Positions 1-12,767 of a stretch of DNA of 64,000 bases are shown here, piece by piece. The DNA comes from an uncultured delta proteobacterium (GTDB taxonomy: Bacteria > Desulfobacterota > Syntrophobacteria > Syntrophobacterales > Syntrophobacteraceae). Within the stretch, counting starts at the first letter, position 1. The number at the start of each line of letters is the position of its first letter. The stretch spans positions 64,001 through 128,000 of the forward strand of contig CAWEHK010000008.1 of assembly GCA_963808625.1 (NCBI GenBank), in the 5' to 3' direction. Under the pieces are notes generated by a model, which made no database searches, was not told the origin of the DNA, and worked only from the letters and a program-made list of their open reading frames with translations. Both the position numbers and the translations under genes were made by a program.

Positions 1-16
1 GTTTTCGTTAAGCTCC

Positions 17-1135
17 TCAGCGGGCACCCAAAAGGGCCAGCAGGACGCCGCCGGCCACCACGCTGGCGATCTGCCCGGCGGTGTTGGCGCCCATGGCGTG
101 CATGAGGAGGAAATTCTCGAAATCCTCTTCCTGGCCTACCTTTTGGACCACGCGAGCGGCCATGGGAAAGGCGCTGATGCCGGCCGCGCCGAGCAGCGGG
201 TTGAAACGCCCTCGGCTGAGAAAGTTGAGGAACTTGGCAAACATCAAGCCGGCTGCGGTGTCAAGGCCGAACGCCAGAATCCCGAGGGCTAGAATCGCCA
301 GGGTCTGCATCTGCAGGAAGGTATCGGCCCGCATGGTCGATCCCACCGCGAGCCCCAGAAACAGGGTCACGACGTTGGCGATTTCATTGGACGACGCCCC
401 CGTCAACCGCTCCACCACCCCGGACTCCCTCAGGAGATTGCCCAGCATCAACGTGCCGATCAACGGAATGGCCATGGGCACCAGCGTGCCGATGACAATC
501 ACGACCGCCAGGGGAAAAATGATGCGGGTGCGGCGGCTGATGGTGCGGGAGGTGTAAGGCATGCGGATGGCTCGTTCCTTGCGCGAGGTCATGGCTCGCA
601 TGATGGGCGGTTGGATGATGGGGACCAGCGACATGTAGCTGTACGCCGTGACGGCAATGGGCCCGAGCAGGTGGGGGGCGAGCAGGTTGCTCACATAGAT
701 CGAAGTCGGGCCGTCGATGGCGCCGATGATGCCGATGGAGGCCGCTTCGTTGAGGTCGAAGCCGAGGGCGAGAGCGAGCATCAGGGTGCCGAAGATGCCG
801 AACTGACCGGCGGCCCCCAGCAGCATCATGCGGGGGTTCTCCAGGAGCGGGCCAAAATCGGTCATGGCGCCGATGCCGATGAACACCAGCAGAGGGAAGA
901 GTTCGTTGTCCACACCCGCCCGCTTGAGCACCTCGAGCATCCCGTCGTCCTGAATCATGGGAGAGAGCGGCAGGTTGGCAAGAATGGCCCCCGCGCCGAT
1001 GGGCAGGAGCAGCATCGGTTCGTATTCCTTGACTACGGCCAGATAGATCAGGACACAGCCCACCGCGATCATCAGGAGCGATCCGGGTGACACGTTCTGA
1101 AGGCCTTGCAGGAGTTGCGCAAAGGAGACCGTCAC
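17..1135 (-). CDS. mmdB: Na+-translocating decarboxylase beta subunit (OadB/MmdB family)
   Basis: Hydrophobic protein with YEPMLLLPIG, IGIIGAIDGPTSIY and GAAGISAFPMAARV family motifs. Confidence 0.93.
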   Translation of the reverse strand: MTVSFAQLLQGLQNVSPGSLLMIAVGCVLIYLAVVKEYEPMLLLPIGAGAILANLPLSPMIQDDGMLEVLKRAGVDNELFPLLVFIGIGAMTDFGPLLENPRMMLLGAAGQFGIFGTLMLALALGFDLNEAASIGIIGAIDGPTSIYVSNLLAPHLLGPIAVTAYSYMSLVPIIQPPIMRAMTSRKERAIRMPYTSRTISRRTRIIFPLAVVIVIGTLVPMAIPLIGTLMLGNLLRESGVVERLTGASSNEIANVVTLFLGLAVGSTMRADTFLQMQTLAILALGILAFGLDTAAGLMFAKFLNFLSRGRFNPLLGAAGISAFPMAARVVQKVGQEEDFENFLLMHAMGANTAGQIASVVAGGVLLALLGAR

Positions 1136-1137
1136 AA

Positions 1138-1656
1138 TTACACCTCCCCAAACTTTACGAGGGTGTCGCCATAGCCCACATTTTGGCCGACACGCACCAG
1201 GACCTCGGAAATCACTCCATCCCGGGGCGAGCGGATGGCGTTCTTCATTTTCATGGCTTCAAGGACCACGACCGTCTGGCCGTGCTTCACCTCATCGCCC
1301 ACCTGAACTTCCACGGCTTGAATTACTCCCGGCATGGGAGCGCAGACCTCCGGGCGCGACGCCCCTTCGAGGTCGGGCTTGGGCGGCTGGGCTGGTGAGG
1401 AGACCCGCAACGGCTGGCCGAGAGTGTCCGGGTCGGGTGGGCGATAGGTAGCCGTCGGCCGGTCCACCACAGCCTCATCATCGGTCCTCAAAGGAATCAT
1501 CGACGGGGTGATGCGGGCTTCTGCCAGGTCCTCGTCGGAAGTGACCTGGACCTCGAAGACCTGGTCATCGAGAATAGTCCGGAACTGATTGGCGGACAGT
1601 TCCATCACGTCAATCACATACTCTTTGCCTTTGACTTCTATTCGGTATCGTCTCAT
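1138..1656 (-). CDS. mmdC: Biotin carboxyl carrier subunit
   Basis: LEAMKM biotinylation motif and APMPG; ATGA overlap with the upstream gene at 1653-1656. Confidence 0.9.
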   Translation of the reverse strand: MRRYRIEVKGKEYVIDVMELSANQFRTILDDQVFEVQVTSDEDLAEARITPSMIPLRTDDEAVVDRPTATYRPPDPDTLGQPLRVSSPAQPPKPDLEGASRPEVCAPMPGVIQAVEVQVGDEVKHGQTVVVLEAMKMKNAIRSPRDGVISEVLVRVGQNVGYGDTLVKFGEV

Positions 1657-1991
1657 GAACTCCTCCGTCCCGGTTGCCATGCGGTGTTCTGCAGGCTGCG
1701 CCCGACGCTCACCCAGCGGCTGGGCCGCGTGCCCGGCTGGTAATGGCGCATGGCGGGCGCCGCTTCTTTACGCAGCACGGCCTGGTGCATGGTCACGGCA
1801 ATGGTGATGGCGGCGAGGGCTTCGGCATCGAGGCCGGCGGGGTAGCGGGGGCCGGCTGGCGGTTCCATTTCCGGCGCCACGCGGTCAAATCGCAGCAGCA
1901 GCGTGATCAGCCCTGCCATCACGGCAAGCAGCAGGAACACCAAAGCCATGCCGTAGACAGTCAGCTGCAAACCAATGTTGAGTGATCCCAT
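1653..1991 (-). CDS. mmdD: OadG/MmdD-family decarboxylase subunit
   Basis: N-terminal TM helix GMALVFLLL, Pro-rich linker, AAITIAV, C-terminal SRWVSVGR. Confidence 0.85.
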   Translation of the reverse strand: MGSLNIGLQLTVYGMALVFLLLAVMAGLITLLLRFDRVAPEMEPPAGPRYPAGLDAEALAAITIAVTMHQAVLRKEAAPAMRHYQPGTRPSRWVSVGRSLQNTAWQPGRRSS

Positions 1992-2055
1992 ATTCGCCCT
2001 CCCCTGCTGGTCTTGTACTTGTTTATGCTGAGAACCTTCATTTTGTCAGACTTAG

Positions 2056-2220
2056 GAATTGACCGCAGAGCTCGCAGAGAAGTCTTTCTATTGCAGAGCG
2101 ATATTTCGCTGTGCACTCTGCAATGCTAACGTCCAATTCCCTGGAATGTTATCACGATTTATCTTTAACTCTTTGTTTCTCTGCGTTCTCTGCGCTCTCT
2201 GCGCTCTCTGCGGTTAATTC
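2056..2220. repeat. MITE-like element with ACCGCAGAG/CTCTGCGGT inverted ends
   Basis: GAATTGACCGCAGAG (2056-2070) vs CTCTGCGGTTAATTC (2206-2220), 14/15 inverted match; tandem CTCTGCG units. Confidence 0.7.
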
Positions 2221-2269
2221 TTTTAGCTGTAGCCGGCGGCGGCCCTGAGCTCTCCGCGGTGAAGTGTGG

Positions 2270-3814
2270 CTACATTGGCATCAAGCCGTGCTTCTTCGGC
2301 GGGTTCTGGAGCACCTTGGTGCGCAGCACTTCCATGGCGCGAATCAGCCGCGGGCGGGTTTCCTTGGGCTCGATGACCTCATCGATTTGCCCCACATTGG
2401 CAGCGATGTAAGGGTTGAAGAACCGGGCGCGATATTCTTCCACAAATTGGCACGCGAGGGCTGCAGGGTCCTCACAATGGGCCAGTTCGCGCTTGCGCAG
2501 GATGCGCACCGCCCCTTCCGCCCCCATGACGGCGATCTGAGCGGAAGGCCAGGCAAAGGAGAGATCGCAGCGCATCTGGCGGGAGCTCATGGCGATGTAA
2601 GCGCCCCCGATGGCCTTCCGCGTGACGATGGAGATTTTCGGCACGGTGGCTTCACAATAGGCATAAATCACCTTGGCACCGTGGCGGATGATCCCGTAGT
2701 GTTCCTGTTCCAGTCCGGGCAAATAGCCGGGGGTGTCCACAAAGGTAATGAGAGGGATATTGAAGGCATCGCAGATGCGCACGAAGCGGGCGATCTTGTC
2801 ACTGGAATCGATATCCAGCACACCCGCCAGATAGGCCGGCTGATTGGCAACGATGCCCACCGAGTAGCCGTCAAGGCGGGCAAAGCCGACCACGGCATTG
2901 CGCGCATAGTAGGGGTGCACCTGCAAAAAGCTGCCGTGGTCGACGATGGCTTCAATGACCTGAAGCATGTCATAGGGCTCATTTTCATCTTCCGGCACGA
3001 TGGTGTTGAGGGACTCCTCCATCCGCTCCGGTGAGTCATAACGCGCTACCCGGGGCGGATCTTCGGCATTGTTCTGGGGCAGATAGCTGAGCAGCAGCTT
3101 CACCAGTTCCATGGCCTGATGATCGCTTTCGGCCAGGAAGTGAGCTACTCCGCTCTTGCTGTTATGCACCAGGGTGCCGCCGAGATCGGAGAAGTTGACC
3201 TCCTCCCCGGTCACGGCCTTGATGACGTCCGGCCCGGTAATGAACATGTAGCTGATGCCACGGGCCATGATGATAAAGTCGGTCAGGGCCGGAGAGTAGA
3301 CCGAACCGCCCGCACAGGGTCCAAGCATTACCGAGATCTGAGGAATGACGCCGGAAGAGAGAACGTTGCGCACGAACACTTCGCCGTAAGCCGCCAGGCT
3401 GCGAAACCCTTCCTGGATGCGGGCCCCCCCCGAGTCATTGAGGCCGATCATGGGAATACCACTTTCCAGGGCCACATCCTGGAGGCGGCAGATCTTGTTG
3501 GCCTGGACTTCCGAAAAGGACCCGCCCACCACCGTGAAATCCTGGGCAAACACGGCAACCCGGCGACCGTTGATCTTGCCAAAACCCGTGACGACGCCGT
3601 CGCCGGGAAAGCGCTGCCGATCCATGCCAAATTCAGTCATGTTGTGGGTCGCCAGTGCTCCGAGTTCCTGAAAGGTCCCTTCGTCCAGGAGCAGCGCCAA
3701 CCGCTCCCGAGCGGTCATTTTTCCGCGCGCGTGCTGTTGCGCAATGCGCTCAGCGCCACCGCCCTCCATAGCGCGCTCACGCATCTCACGGAGTCTATCC
3801 AAGTAATTTGTCAT
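2270..3814 (-). CDS. mmdA: Acyl-CoA carboxyltransferase (methylmalonyl-CoA decarboxylase alpha / PccB type)
   Basis: DSGGARIQEG, GPCAGG, FVDTPGYLPG, KKHG C-terminus; GAAGGAG RBS before ATG 3814. Confidence 0.92.
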   Translation of the reverse strand: MTNYLDRLREMRERAMEGGGAERIAQQHARGKMTARERLALLLDEGTFQELGALATHNMTEFGMDRQRFPGDGVVTGFGKINGRRVAVFAQDFTVVGGSFSEVQANKICRLQDVALESGIPMIGLNDSGGARIQEGFRSLAAYGEVFVRNVLSSGVIPQISVMLGPCAGGSVYSPALTDFIIMARGISYMFITGPDVIKAVTGEEVNFSDLGGTLVHNSKSGVAHFLAESDHQAMELVKLLLSYLPQNNAEDPPRVARYDSPERMEESLNTIVPEDENEPYDMLQVIEAIVDHGSFLQVHPYYARNAVVGFARLDGYSVGIVANQPAYLAGVLDIDSSDKIARFVRICDAFNIPLITFVDTPGYLPGLEQEHYGIIRHGAKVIYAYCEATVPKISIVTRKAIGGAYIAMSSRQMRCDLSFAWPSAQIAVMGAEGAVRILRKRELAHCEDPAALACQFVEEYRARFFNPYIAANVGQIDEVIEPKETRPRLIRAMEVLRTKVLQNPPKKHGLMPM

Positions 3815-3970
3815 ATATTCTCCTTCGATTGTGTTGAGCGATGAAAGAACCGCCGCAATCCTGCAGCCCAATCTAACCCCTTCAGCTGTGTTCAGTCAAA
3901 CCGTTGCTTCGCCTTCGAGAGAATCATGTGCGAAACGCACATGCTCCGTTGATTGTTCAACAGCAGCCTC

Positions 3971-4137
3971 GTCGGCTGGGTTTCGCTCCTCACCATGACT
4001 GGGGCTCACAATGCCGTCATTGATCGAGGAACGAAACCCACCATTCAGCATCAGCTGGTCGGCTCTTGCTGGGTTTCGTTCCCAGGATGCTCTACAATTT
4101 TATGCGTGTTTCGTAAGGGAACGAAACCCAAGCTACA
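3971..4137. repeat. Cluster of REP-like inverted repeats (GGGTTTCGTTCC / GGAACGAAACCC)
   Basis: Four copies in alternating orientation at ~3978, 4028, 4071 and 4118. Confidence 0.7.
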
Positions 4138-4235
4138 CATCTACGCATCGAATCAGGACGCTCTTTTATGCAGCGCTTTTCCAAGGTGATCGTGCGGAGG
4201 AAGTTGGAAGTTTCAGGATCACCCGTCGTTAGCGC

Positions 4236-4264
4236 TTGACAAAGGAGAGGCTCCCTGTTACTGA
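4236..4264 (+). promoter_or_regulatory. Putative sigma70 promoter of the panC operon
   Basis: TTGACA, 17-bp spacer, then a weak TG-extended -10 (tgtTACTGA). Confidence 0.4.
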
Positions 4265-4279
4265 ACAGCACAATTCTAA

Positions 4280-4418
4280 AGCCAGTGCTGCGCTTGGATC
4301 CTGAAGGGACCAAGACGGAACACACTGAGTACGGGGAGAGGGTTTGGATATATATTCCCGGCCTGTTTTATGGAGGAGCCTTCCGGACCAGGGTCTCGAA
4401 GGCTTTTTGCCGTTTTTG
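4280..4418 (+). ncRNA. Probable pan RNA motif leader with intrinsic terminator
   Basis: Hairpin CTTGG-A-TCCT-gaa-GGGA-CCAAG with bulged A (4293-4314); second hairpin GCCTTC..GAAGGC plus T-tract (4378-4408) just upstream of panC. Confidence 0.65.
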
Positions 4419-4442
4419 AGCAGCAGCAAGAAAGGAGAAAGC

Positions 4443-5294
4443 ATGCGCATCATCGAAAGCATTGCCGAGATGCAGCAAGCAGCAGAAGCTTGGCGTTGCG
4501 AACGGAAGCGAGTCGGCTTGGTGCCGACCATGGGCTATCTTCACGAGGGTCATCTCGAGCTCATGCGGGCCCTTCGGCGTCGCAGCGACGTCTTGGTCGC
4601 CAGCGTCTTCGTTAATCCGGCTCAATTCGGGCCTAACGAGGACCTCGCCCGATACCCTCGCGACCTCGAACGAGACGTCCGCCTGATGACCGAGGCGGGA
4701 GTCGATATCGCATTCATCCCTCAGGCGAGGGACATATACCCTGATGGGTACCAGACATTCGTAAATGTCACCGAGGTCACCGCGCCGCTGTGCGGACGCA
4801 GTCGTCCTGCCTTTTTCCGTGGCGTTGCCACCGTCGTTGCCAAGCTGTTCAATATCGTAAGACCGCATGCCGCAATTTTCGGTGAAAAGGACTTCCAGCA
4901 ACTGGTGACGATCCGGAGAATGGTTCAGGACCTGAACATGGACATCGAGATAATCGGTCATCCCACCGTGCGTGAGGCGGATGGCCTCGCAATGAGCAGT
5001 CGCAATGCCTATCTGACGCCCGAACAACACGAGAAAGCCATTCGCCTGAACCGCTCATTGAGAGAAGCTCAAACCCTGGTGCAAAGCGGAGAGAGGAGTA
5101 GCGCAGTAATCCTGGACAAGGTACGGGAAGTTTTGGCAGAAGGCGATGACGTGAGGATTGACTACGTGCAACTTTGCGCCCCCGCCACCCTGGAGGAGGT
5201 CGCCCAGATCGCCGGTCCGGCATTGCTGGCCCTGGCAGTGCATGTAGGACCTGCCCGCCTGATCGATAATGCGATTTTGAGTCCTTCTGCGTGA
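4443..5294 (+). CDS. panC: Pantoate--beta-alanine ligase
   Basis: VPTMGYLHEGH, FGEKDFQQ, DGLAMSSRN, RLIDN; AGGAG RBS. Confidence 0.97.
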   Translation: MRIIESIAEMQQAAEAWRCERKRVGLVPTMGYLHEGHLELMRALRRRSDVLVASVFVNPAQFGPNEDLARYPRDLERDVRLMTEAGVDIAFIPQARDIYPDGYQTFVNVTEVTAPLCGRSRPAFFRGVATVVAKLFNIVRPHAAIFGEKDFQQLVTIRRMVQDLNMDIEIIGHPTVREADGLAMSSRNAYLTPEQHEKAIRLNRSLREAQTLVQSGERSSAVILDKVREVLAEGDDVRIDYVQLCAPATLEEVAQIAGPALLALAVHVGPARLIDNAILSPSA

Positions 5295-5339
5295 GCTGAA
5301 ACTTGCTGAGAACTTACCTTCAACGTTCAGGAGAAAACC

Positions 5340-5699
5340 ATGCAGCGCATTCTGCTCAAGTCCAAGATCCACCGGGCAACGGTGACCGATTCGAACCTTC
5401 AATATGAAGGAAGCCTGACCATAGATGAAGAACTGTTACGATCTGCAGATATCCTCCAATACGAGCAGATCAAAATTTATAACGTCTCCAATGGCGAGCG
5501 GTTCGATACGTACGCCATTGCCGGTCGCGCCGGAAGCGGCGAAATCTGTCTCAATGGGGCGGCAGCGCGTAAGGGGGCGAAGGGAGACCTCATTATCATC
5601 GCTTCCTATGGCCACTATGACGAGGCGGAACTGGCGCAACATAAGCCGAAAGTCGTTCTTTTGGGCGCCCAGAATAGACCGCTGCCGATGAAAGGTTAG
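5340..5699 (+). CDS. panD: Aspartate 1-decarboxylase
   Basis: [14 protein letters not shown] self-cleavage site, NGAAAR. Confidence 0.97.
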   Translation: MQRILLKSKIHRATVTDSNLQYEGSLTIDEELLRSADILQYEQIKIYNVSNGERFDTYAIAGRAGSGEICLNGAAARKGAKGDLIIIASYGHYDEAELAQHKPKVVLLGAQNRPLPMKG

Positions 5700-5784
5700 C
5701 TTCCGTATCAGAGAGTCTTAATTGTGCTGACGAATTAAGCCGAATGGACATCAGATTCCCTTACCAGAAGGAGGAAGTTTCACA

Positions 5785-8225
<2,441 letters not shown>

Positions 8226-8236
8226 AGAGTCGTCTC

Positions 8237-9430
8237 ATGAAGGTGCAGATGATCTTGGGGGTCTGCGTGGCAGTGCTCTTTAGCGCCTGCTCGCAGCCCC
8301 CCCGAGAACCTTCGAAGACCGCGATCATGGAACGGGTCCCGAGGGACCAGCTGCCGCAATTCGATGACGATCTGGATCCGCAGTCACTGCGGGCAGCCAT
8401 TGAGAAGAGCCTCGATTTTTTCGAACGAGTTCCCGGAAACCAGACATTTCCCCTGGGTGAGACAGAACTCAGGGTCGAAGTTCTTAGAACTTCCCTGCTC
8501 CACTTTTTGAAACTTTTGGAGGGGGGCCGTTTGGATACGGATGCGGTGGCCCAATCATTTGACGTGTACCGGGCGGGCGGCGAGAAGACCGAGGAGCAGC
8601 CCCTGGCGACCGGATATTATGAACCGATTGTTGAAGGCCGGCTCGAGCGGGACGGCCCTTTCTGTTACCCTCTCTATGGGGTCCCGCCTGATCTCCTGTC
8701 CATCGATCTGGCATCATTCGACCCCGTACGCTTCCCTGGCGAGCGTCTGGTGGGACGCCTTCAGGGAAACCGGGTGGCCCCCTACTATACCAGGGCCGAA
8801 ATTGACGGGGAGAGAAAGCTTGAACCGTATGGCTGTCAATTAGCCTGGTTGCGGGACCCCGTCGAGGCGTTTTTTCTTCATGTGCAAGGCTCCGGGATCA
8901 TCCAACTGCCCGATGGACATTCGTTTCGCGTCGGTTACGCGGGAGCGAACGGACGCCCCTACCGCAGCATCGGCAAGGTCCTGATTGACAGGGGCGTGAT
9001 CTCGCGCGAAGAGATGTCGCTGCAAGCGCTTCGCAGCTACCTGCGGGACCACCCTGAGAGCCGCGACGAGGTTATGTGGCACAATGAAAGCTACGTCTTT
9101 TTTCGCCAGGTTAAGGATGGCCCCATGGGAAGCTTGAACGTCCCTTTGACCGCCGGACGCTCCATTGCCACAGACCCGCGATACCACCCCAGGGGGGCCC
9201 TGGCTTACCTGGAAACGACGAAGCCCCGCATCGACGCAGCCGGGCGCGTTACGGGGTGGGACCCCCTCGCCAGGTGGGTCCTGAACCAGGATACCGGGGG
9301 GGCCATCAAGGGACCCGGGCGTGTTGACCTCTTCTGCGGAACAGGATATGAAGCAGGAGAGTTAGCCGGGCGCATGAAATATTCCGGCAAGCTCTATTTC
9401 TTGGTAAAAAAGGGTGAGAGTCAGGATTAG
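8237..9430 (+). CDS. mltA: Membrane-bound lytic murein transglycosylase A (lipoprotein)
   Basis: Lipobox LFSAC; TGYYEP, FLHVQGSG, QDTGGAIKG, DLF. Confidence 0.92.
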   Translation: MKVQMILGVCVAVLFSACSQPPREPSKTAIMERVPRDQLPQFDDDLDPQSLRAAIEKSLDFFERVPGNQTFPLGETELRVEVLRTSLLHFLKLLEGGRLDTDAVAQSFDVYRAGGEKTEEQPLATGYYEPIVEGRLERDGPFCYPLYGVPPDLLSIDLASFDPVRFPGERLVGRLQGNRVAPYYTRAEIDGERKLEPYGCQLAWLRDPVEAFFLHVQGSGIIQLPDGHSFRVGYAGANGRPYRSIGKVLIDRGVISREEMSLQALRSYLRDHPESRDEVMWHNESYVFFRQVKDGPMGSLNVPLTAGRSIATDPRYHPRGALAYLETTKPRIDAAGRVTGWDPLARWVLNQDTGGAIKGPGRVDLFCGTGYEAGELAGRMKYSGKLYFLVKKGESQD

Positions 9431-9443
9431 CTGGAACGAATTC

Positions 9444-9752
9444 CTACGCTTGCGACCTGTTTTGGTGCAAGATCTGGAACAAGATACGCATTTCGTCGAA
9501 ACAGCTGCAAAGGGCCATGAACGCTTCGATCTGTTGGTTTTCACCGGGAATTTCGTCGGCCGCAAGCATGGCAAGCAAAGCCTGTTGCGCTGATCGGAAA
9601 CGGTCCGTGGTTCGTTCTCCCAGGAGTTTCAGCTGCGTCATCAGGTCTGCAGGCTGAGCGTTGTGAGCGAATTCGTCGAGCTCCCTGTATTTGCGATCAT
9701 ATTCTCGGGCCAGTTGACCAAGCTGCTGAAGATGGTTGGTTGCAGGATTCAA
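9444..9752 (-). CDS. Hypothetical helical protein
   Basis: 102-aa ORF with TTG start after GGGAGG; fills the gap convergent with mltA. Confidence 0.65.
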   Translation of the reverse strand: MNPATNHLQQLGQLAREYDRKYRELDEFAHNAQPADLMTQLKLLGERTTDRFRSAQQALLAMLAADEIPGENQQIEAFMALCSCFDEMRILFQILHQNRSQA

Positions 9753-10267
9753 GTCTGTGCCTCCCTTTGATTTTGGATGATCCGGGACCGAGGAATGGAA
9801 ACCGTTTGCCTTCTGGCTTTACCGCAGGGACCCAGAGAGCGCAAAGCACGCTTGCTGAAGTGTTGCGTCTTCCGCATTTTTGCTTTAACACGCGAAAGAG
9901 GACAGTAGTCAATTCAAAGAACCGTGTCAAATCATAGTTCGACGGTTCGACGGCCGAATTCATGGTGGATATACATCCAGCAGGGGCTGATCCGTGACTC
10001 TTACGTCATATTTATCCGGCACGTGCACGCTTCGAACCGACTGAATACGGAAAATGAGGAAGAACTTTACTCGCCCCGCAAAGGGAGTTAAGATGTTGGA
10101 AGTCCAGCGATTGCAGCCGTGCGCCTGCCTTCGAGGACTTTGTTGTGCCCGCGAATGAATAAACTTTTCTGTGATGTCATTTCAGAGCGGAAGATTATTG
10201 ATCATGCTGCCGGATAAAAGGGCTCCGCTGAGTGGCGGCATGATATAAAAGTGAAAGGTTGCTGTGG

Positions 10268-11704
10268 ATGTTCGTTAAAACGCTTAATATTTTACTTGCG
10301 GAATGTCTCAAGATCCCCTCCGATGGAATATCTCCCCTCCTGGACCGCAAAATCCACGAACGGCTGGTATTCACCAATCCGGATTACGAATTGCGACACA
10401 ACCGGGGCGAGTGGATTGGAAATATACCTCCTCAAATCAATTGCATGCGGCAGAAGGGGCACAGCTATCTATTGCCCCGAGGTTTCCTCGAGCAGTTGCT
10501 GGAACTCTGCAAAAGATTTCAGCAACCCTACCGCCTGGTTGATCGCAGGCGCACCATGGACCCCTTGCCGCTTGAATTCCATGGGGAGTTGAAAGGGTAC
10601 CAGCAGGATGCCGCCGAGGCGGTTTTGGAACGCGAATTTGCCACCCTCATCGGGGGCCACAAGAGCGGGAAGACGGTCATTGCCTTGTATACCATTGCAC
10701 AGCGCCGTCAGCCCACGCTGGTGCTCATTCCCAAGTTGGACCTTCTCGAAGGCTGGTTGACAAAAATTGAGAATTTTCTCCAAATTCCCCGCGCCGAAGT
10801 TGGCCTTTTTGCCGAAGGCGTTCACCAACCAGGGAATGCCATAACGATCGGCCACACCGGCGAGGTGATGCGTTACTGGCGAAAGATTTGGGACCGCATC
10901 GGCTACCTGATAATGGACGAATGCCAGCGCTGTCCGTCAAAGGTCCTCACCCATCTGATTCCCAATTTTGATTCCCGTTACATGCTGGGGCTCTCCAACA
11001 CCACGCAGCGCAGGGACAGGCTTTCCAGGCTGGTGTACTACTACATCGGTGATATGGTCTACACGATCGATGAAAGGGATGCCCGAGAGGGTCGAGGGAT
11101 TATCCACGCCCATGTGGTAGCGCGTGAGACCGGCTTCGAGTACCCTTATTATTCGCGTTCCGACTATGTTCCCATGCTGGGGGCGCTCATGCGAGATGCC
11201 CACCGAACCGGCATCATCGCTGATGACATCGAGGCGGAACTCGATCGTGAGCCGCAACCACTCGTTGTCCTGTGCGGCGGTGAAGAGCAGAACCAGCTGC
11301 TGAAAGCGGAGCTGTCACAGCGCGGCATCCACGCCGTGAGCTACGGTAAAGAGCCCGCGGATATCGAGGAGGCTCTGAAAGAAGTGGCCGACAACGGCGA
11401 CCCCTGCACCGATTTGCCTGAAGCCTCCGGGCCGGTGGCAATCCTTGTCACCCCTCAGACCTTGATGCAGTGTTTTCGTAGCCTCAATTCCAAGGTCATA
11501 TTTCTTGCGGTACCCCTGTATTTCGGGAATCATTTGGCAAATGCCCTGCGGGAAATGCATCTGAATGGAACGGGAGCCGACCGGCGACTCAAGATTTATG
11601 ATTACGTAGACCGGCGCATCGGCCTCCTCGATAATTACTTTCGCATGCGAAGCTACAATTATGGCGTGCACCCGGATGTTCTTCTCAATGCGAGCTCCAA
11701 TTGA
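10268..11704 (+). CDS. SF2 helicase-like protein (ResIII/XPB-like), degenerate motifs
   Basis: Q motif LKGYQ, GGHKSGKT, IMDECQ, GLSNT, C-terminal IYDYVD; no recognisable motif VI. Confidence 0.75.
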   Translation: MFVKTLNILLAECLKIPSDGISPLLDRKIHERLVFTNPDYELRHNRGEWIGNIPPQINCMRQKGHSYLLPRGFLEQLLELCKRFQQPYRLVDRRRTMDPLPLEFHGELKGYQQDAAEAVLEREFATLIGGHKSGKTVIALYTIAQRRQPTLVLIPKLDLLEGWLTKIENFLQIPRAEVGLFAEGVHQPGNAITIGHTGEVMRYWRKIWDRIGYLIMDECQRCPSKVLTHLIPNFDSRYMLGLSNTTQRRDRLSRLVYYYIGDMVYTIDERDAREGRGIIHAHVVARETGFEYPYYSRSDYVPMLGALMRDAHRTGIIADDIEAELDREPQPLVVLCGGEEQNQLLKAELSQRGIHAVSYGKEPADIEEALKEVADNGDPCTDLPEASGPVAILVTPQTLMQCFRSLNSKVIFLAVPLYFGNHLANALREMHLNGTGADRRLKIYDYVDRRIGLLDNYFRMRSYNYGVHPDVLLNASSN

Positions 11705-11839
11705 GCGGTTTGTGAATCCCGGCCATCCGGGCGAACGCATATTTCCATTGAGCATTTCATGGCGCGCGTGGCGCCCGGCTGGGTTCGCGGCAAGTGATCC
11801 CCAACCGCTTCTGATCCACATTCGCTTGCAGAACTGACG

Positions 11840-12604
11840 ATGCAACCCGGCAAAGTTGCCCTGGGGCCATTCCTTCGTTCGTGCACGGCGATCAGGACCC
11901 TGGGGGTCCGTCAAACCATCGATGATTACTCGACCGAAGAAAAGGACCTCCTGCGCTCCGCCGTCCGGGTTTTCTTTCCAACTCAGCGCTATGCTTATCT
12001 TTTCAACGCGCTGGAAATACCTACCTTCCCGAGCTACACGACCTATCGCTTCCAGCACTCCCGCGTCCTGCAGCAGGTCCTGATGGCTTATGCGGGGATG
12101 CCGCACCCGCTCACCCGTATCTATTTCGGCAAACGGCAGAAAGCAAAGATTCCCGAGGCCTTTCCCTTTCCGTTCCTAGCAATGGGTCCCCATGCCGCTT
12201 TGCACCGTAAATTCCTGGTTGAGAATGCCACGGCTCTCGAGGAATGTTCACAGCACTATAACCCGCTCATCATCCAGGAAGCCGTGGCCTGGACCGAACG
12301 CATCCGCATTTTATGCGTCCATGACGACTGCGTGGGCGTCGTTCGGCAGCACGGTAGAGGTGCTTCGGGCCCCGGCTTTCAACCCGTTTCCATGGAACAG
12401 CCGGCATTGCGGTTGGTCATCGAGATGACGCGAGATTTTGTCCGCAGGGTGCGACTGGACGATATCGTGATCGAATGGGGCTGTCGCGATGGCCAATGGC
12501 AGTTGCTTGAAATGATGCGCCCCCCCGTCAGGTGGCCGATGCCGGATGGGCTTCTTGACCGTCATCATTATATTTGCGATTTAGTAAAGGCCGGGCGCCT
12601 GTAA
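11840..12604 (+). CDS. RimK-like ATP-grasp fold protein, degenerate
   Basis: TFPSY..Y, PHPLTRIY, FPF, IIQE, IRI pattern; nucleotide-binding Lys and Gly loop appear absent. Confidence 0.55.
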   Translation: MQPGKVALGPFLRSCTAIRTLGVRQTIDDYSTEEKDLLRSAVRVFFPTQRYAYLFNALEIPTFPSYTTYRFQHSRVLQQVLMAYAGMPHPLTRIYFGKRQKAKIPEAFPFPFLAMGPHAALHRKFLVENATALEECSQHYNPLIIQEAVAWTERIRILCVHDDCVGVVRQHGRGASGPGFQPVSMEQPALRLVIEMTRDFVRRVRLDDIVIEWGCRDGQWQLLEMMRPPVRWPMPDGLLDRHHYICDLVKAGRL

Positions 12605-12767
12605 TGGGCCCTTTTTAACGATTGCTGATTAATTAGGTTTTTTTTCTACCATGAAATACACGAAAGACACGAAACACGCGCAAGACCTAAAGTGATTTTT
12701 TTCGTGTTTTCCGTGTGTTTCGTGGTTTCAATAAGGCCCTGATCACTAGCATAAGGAAGGGAAAAGG

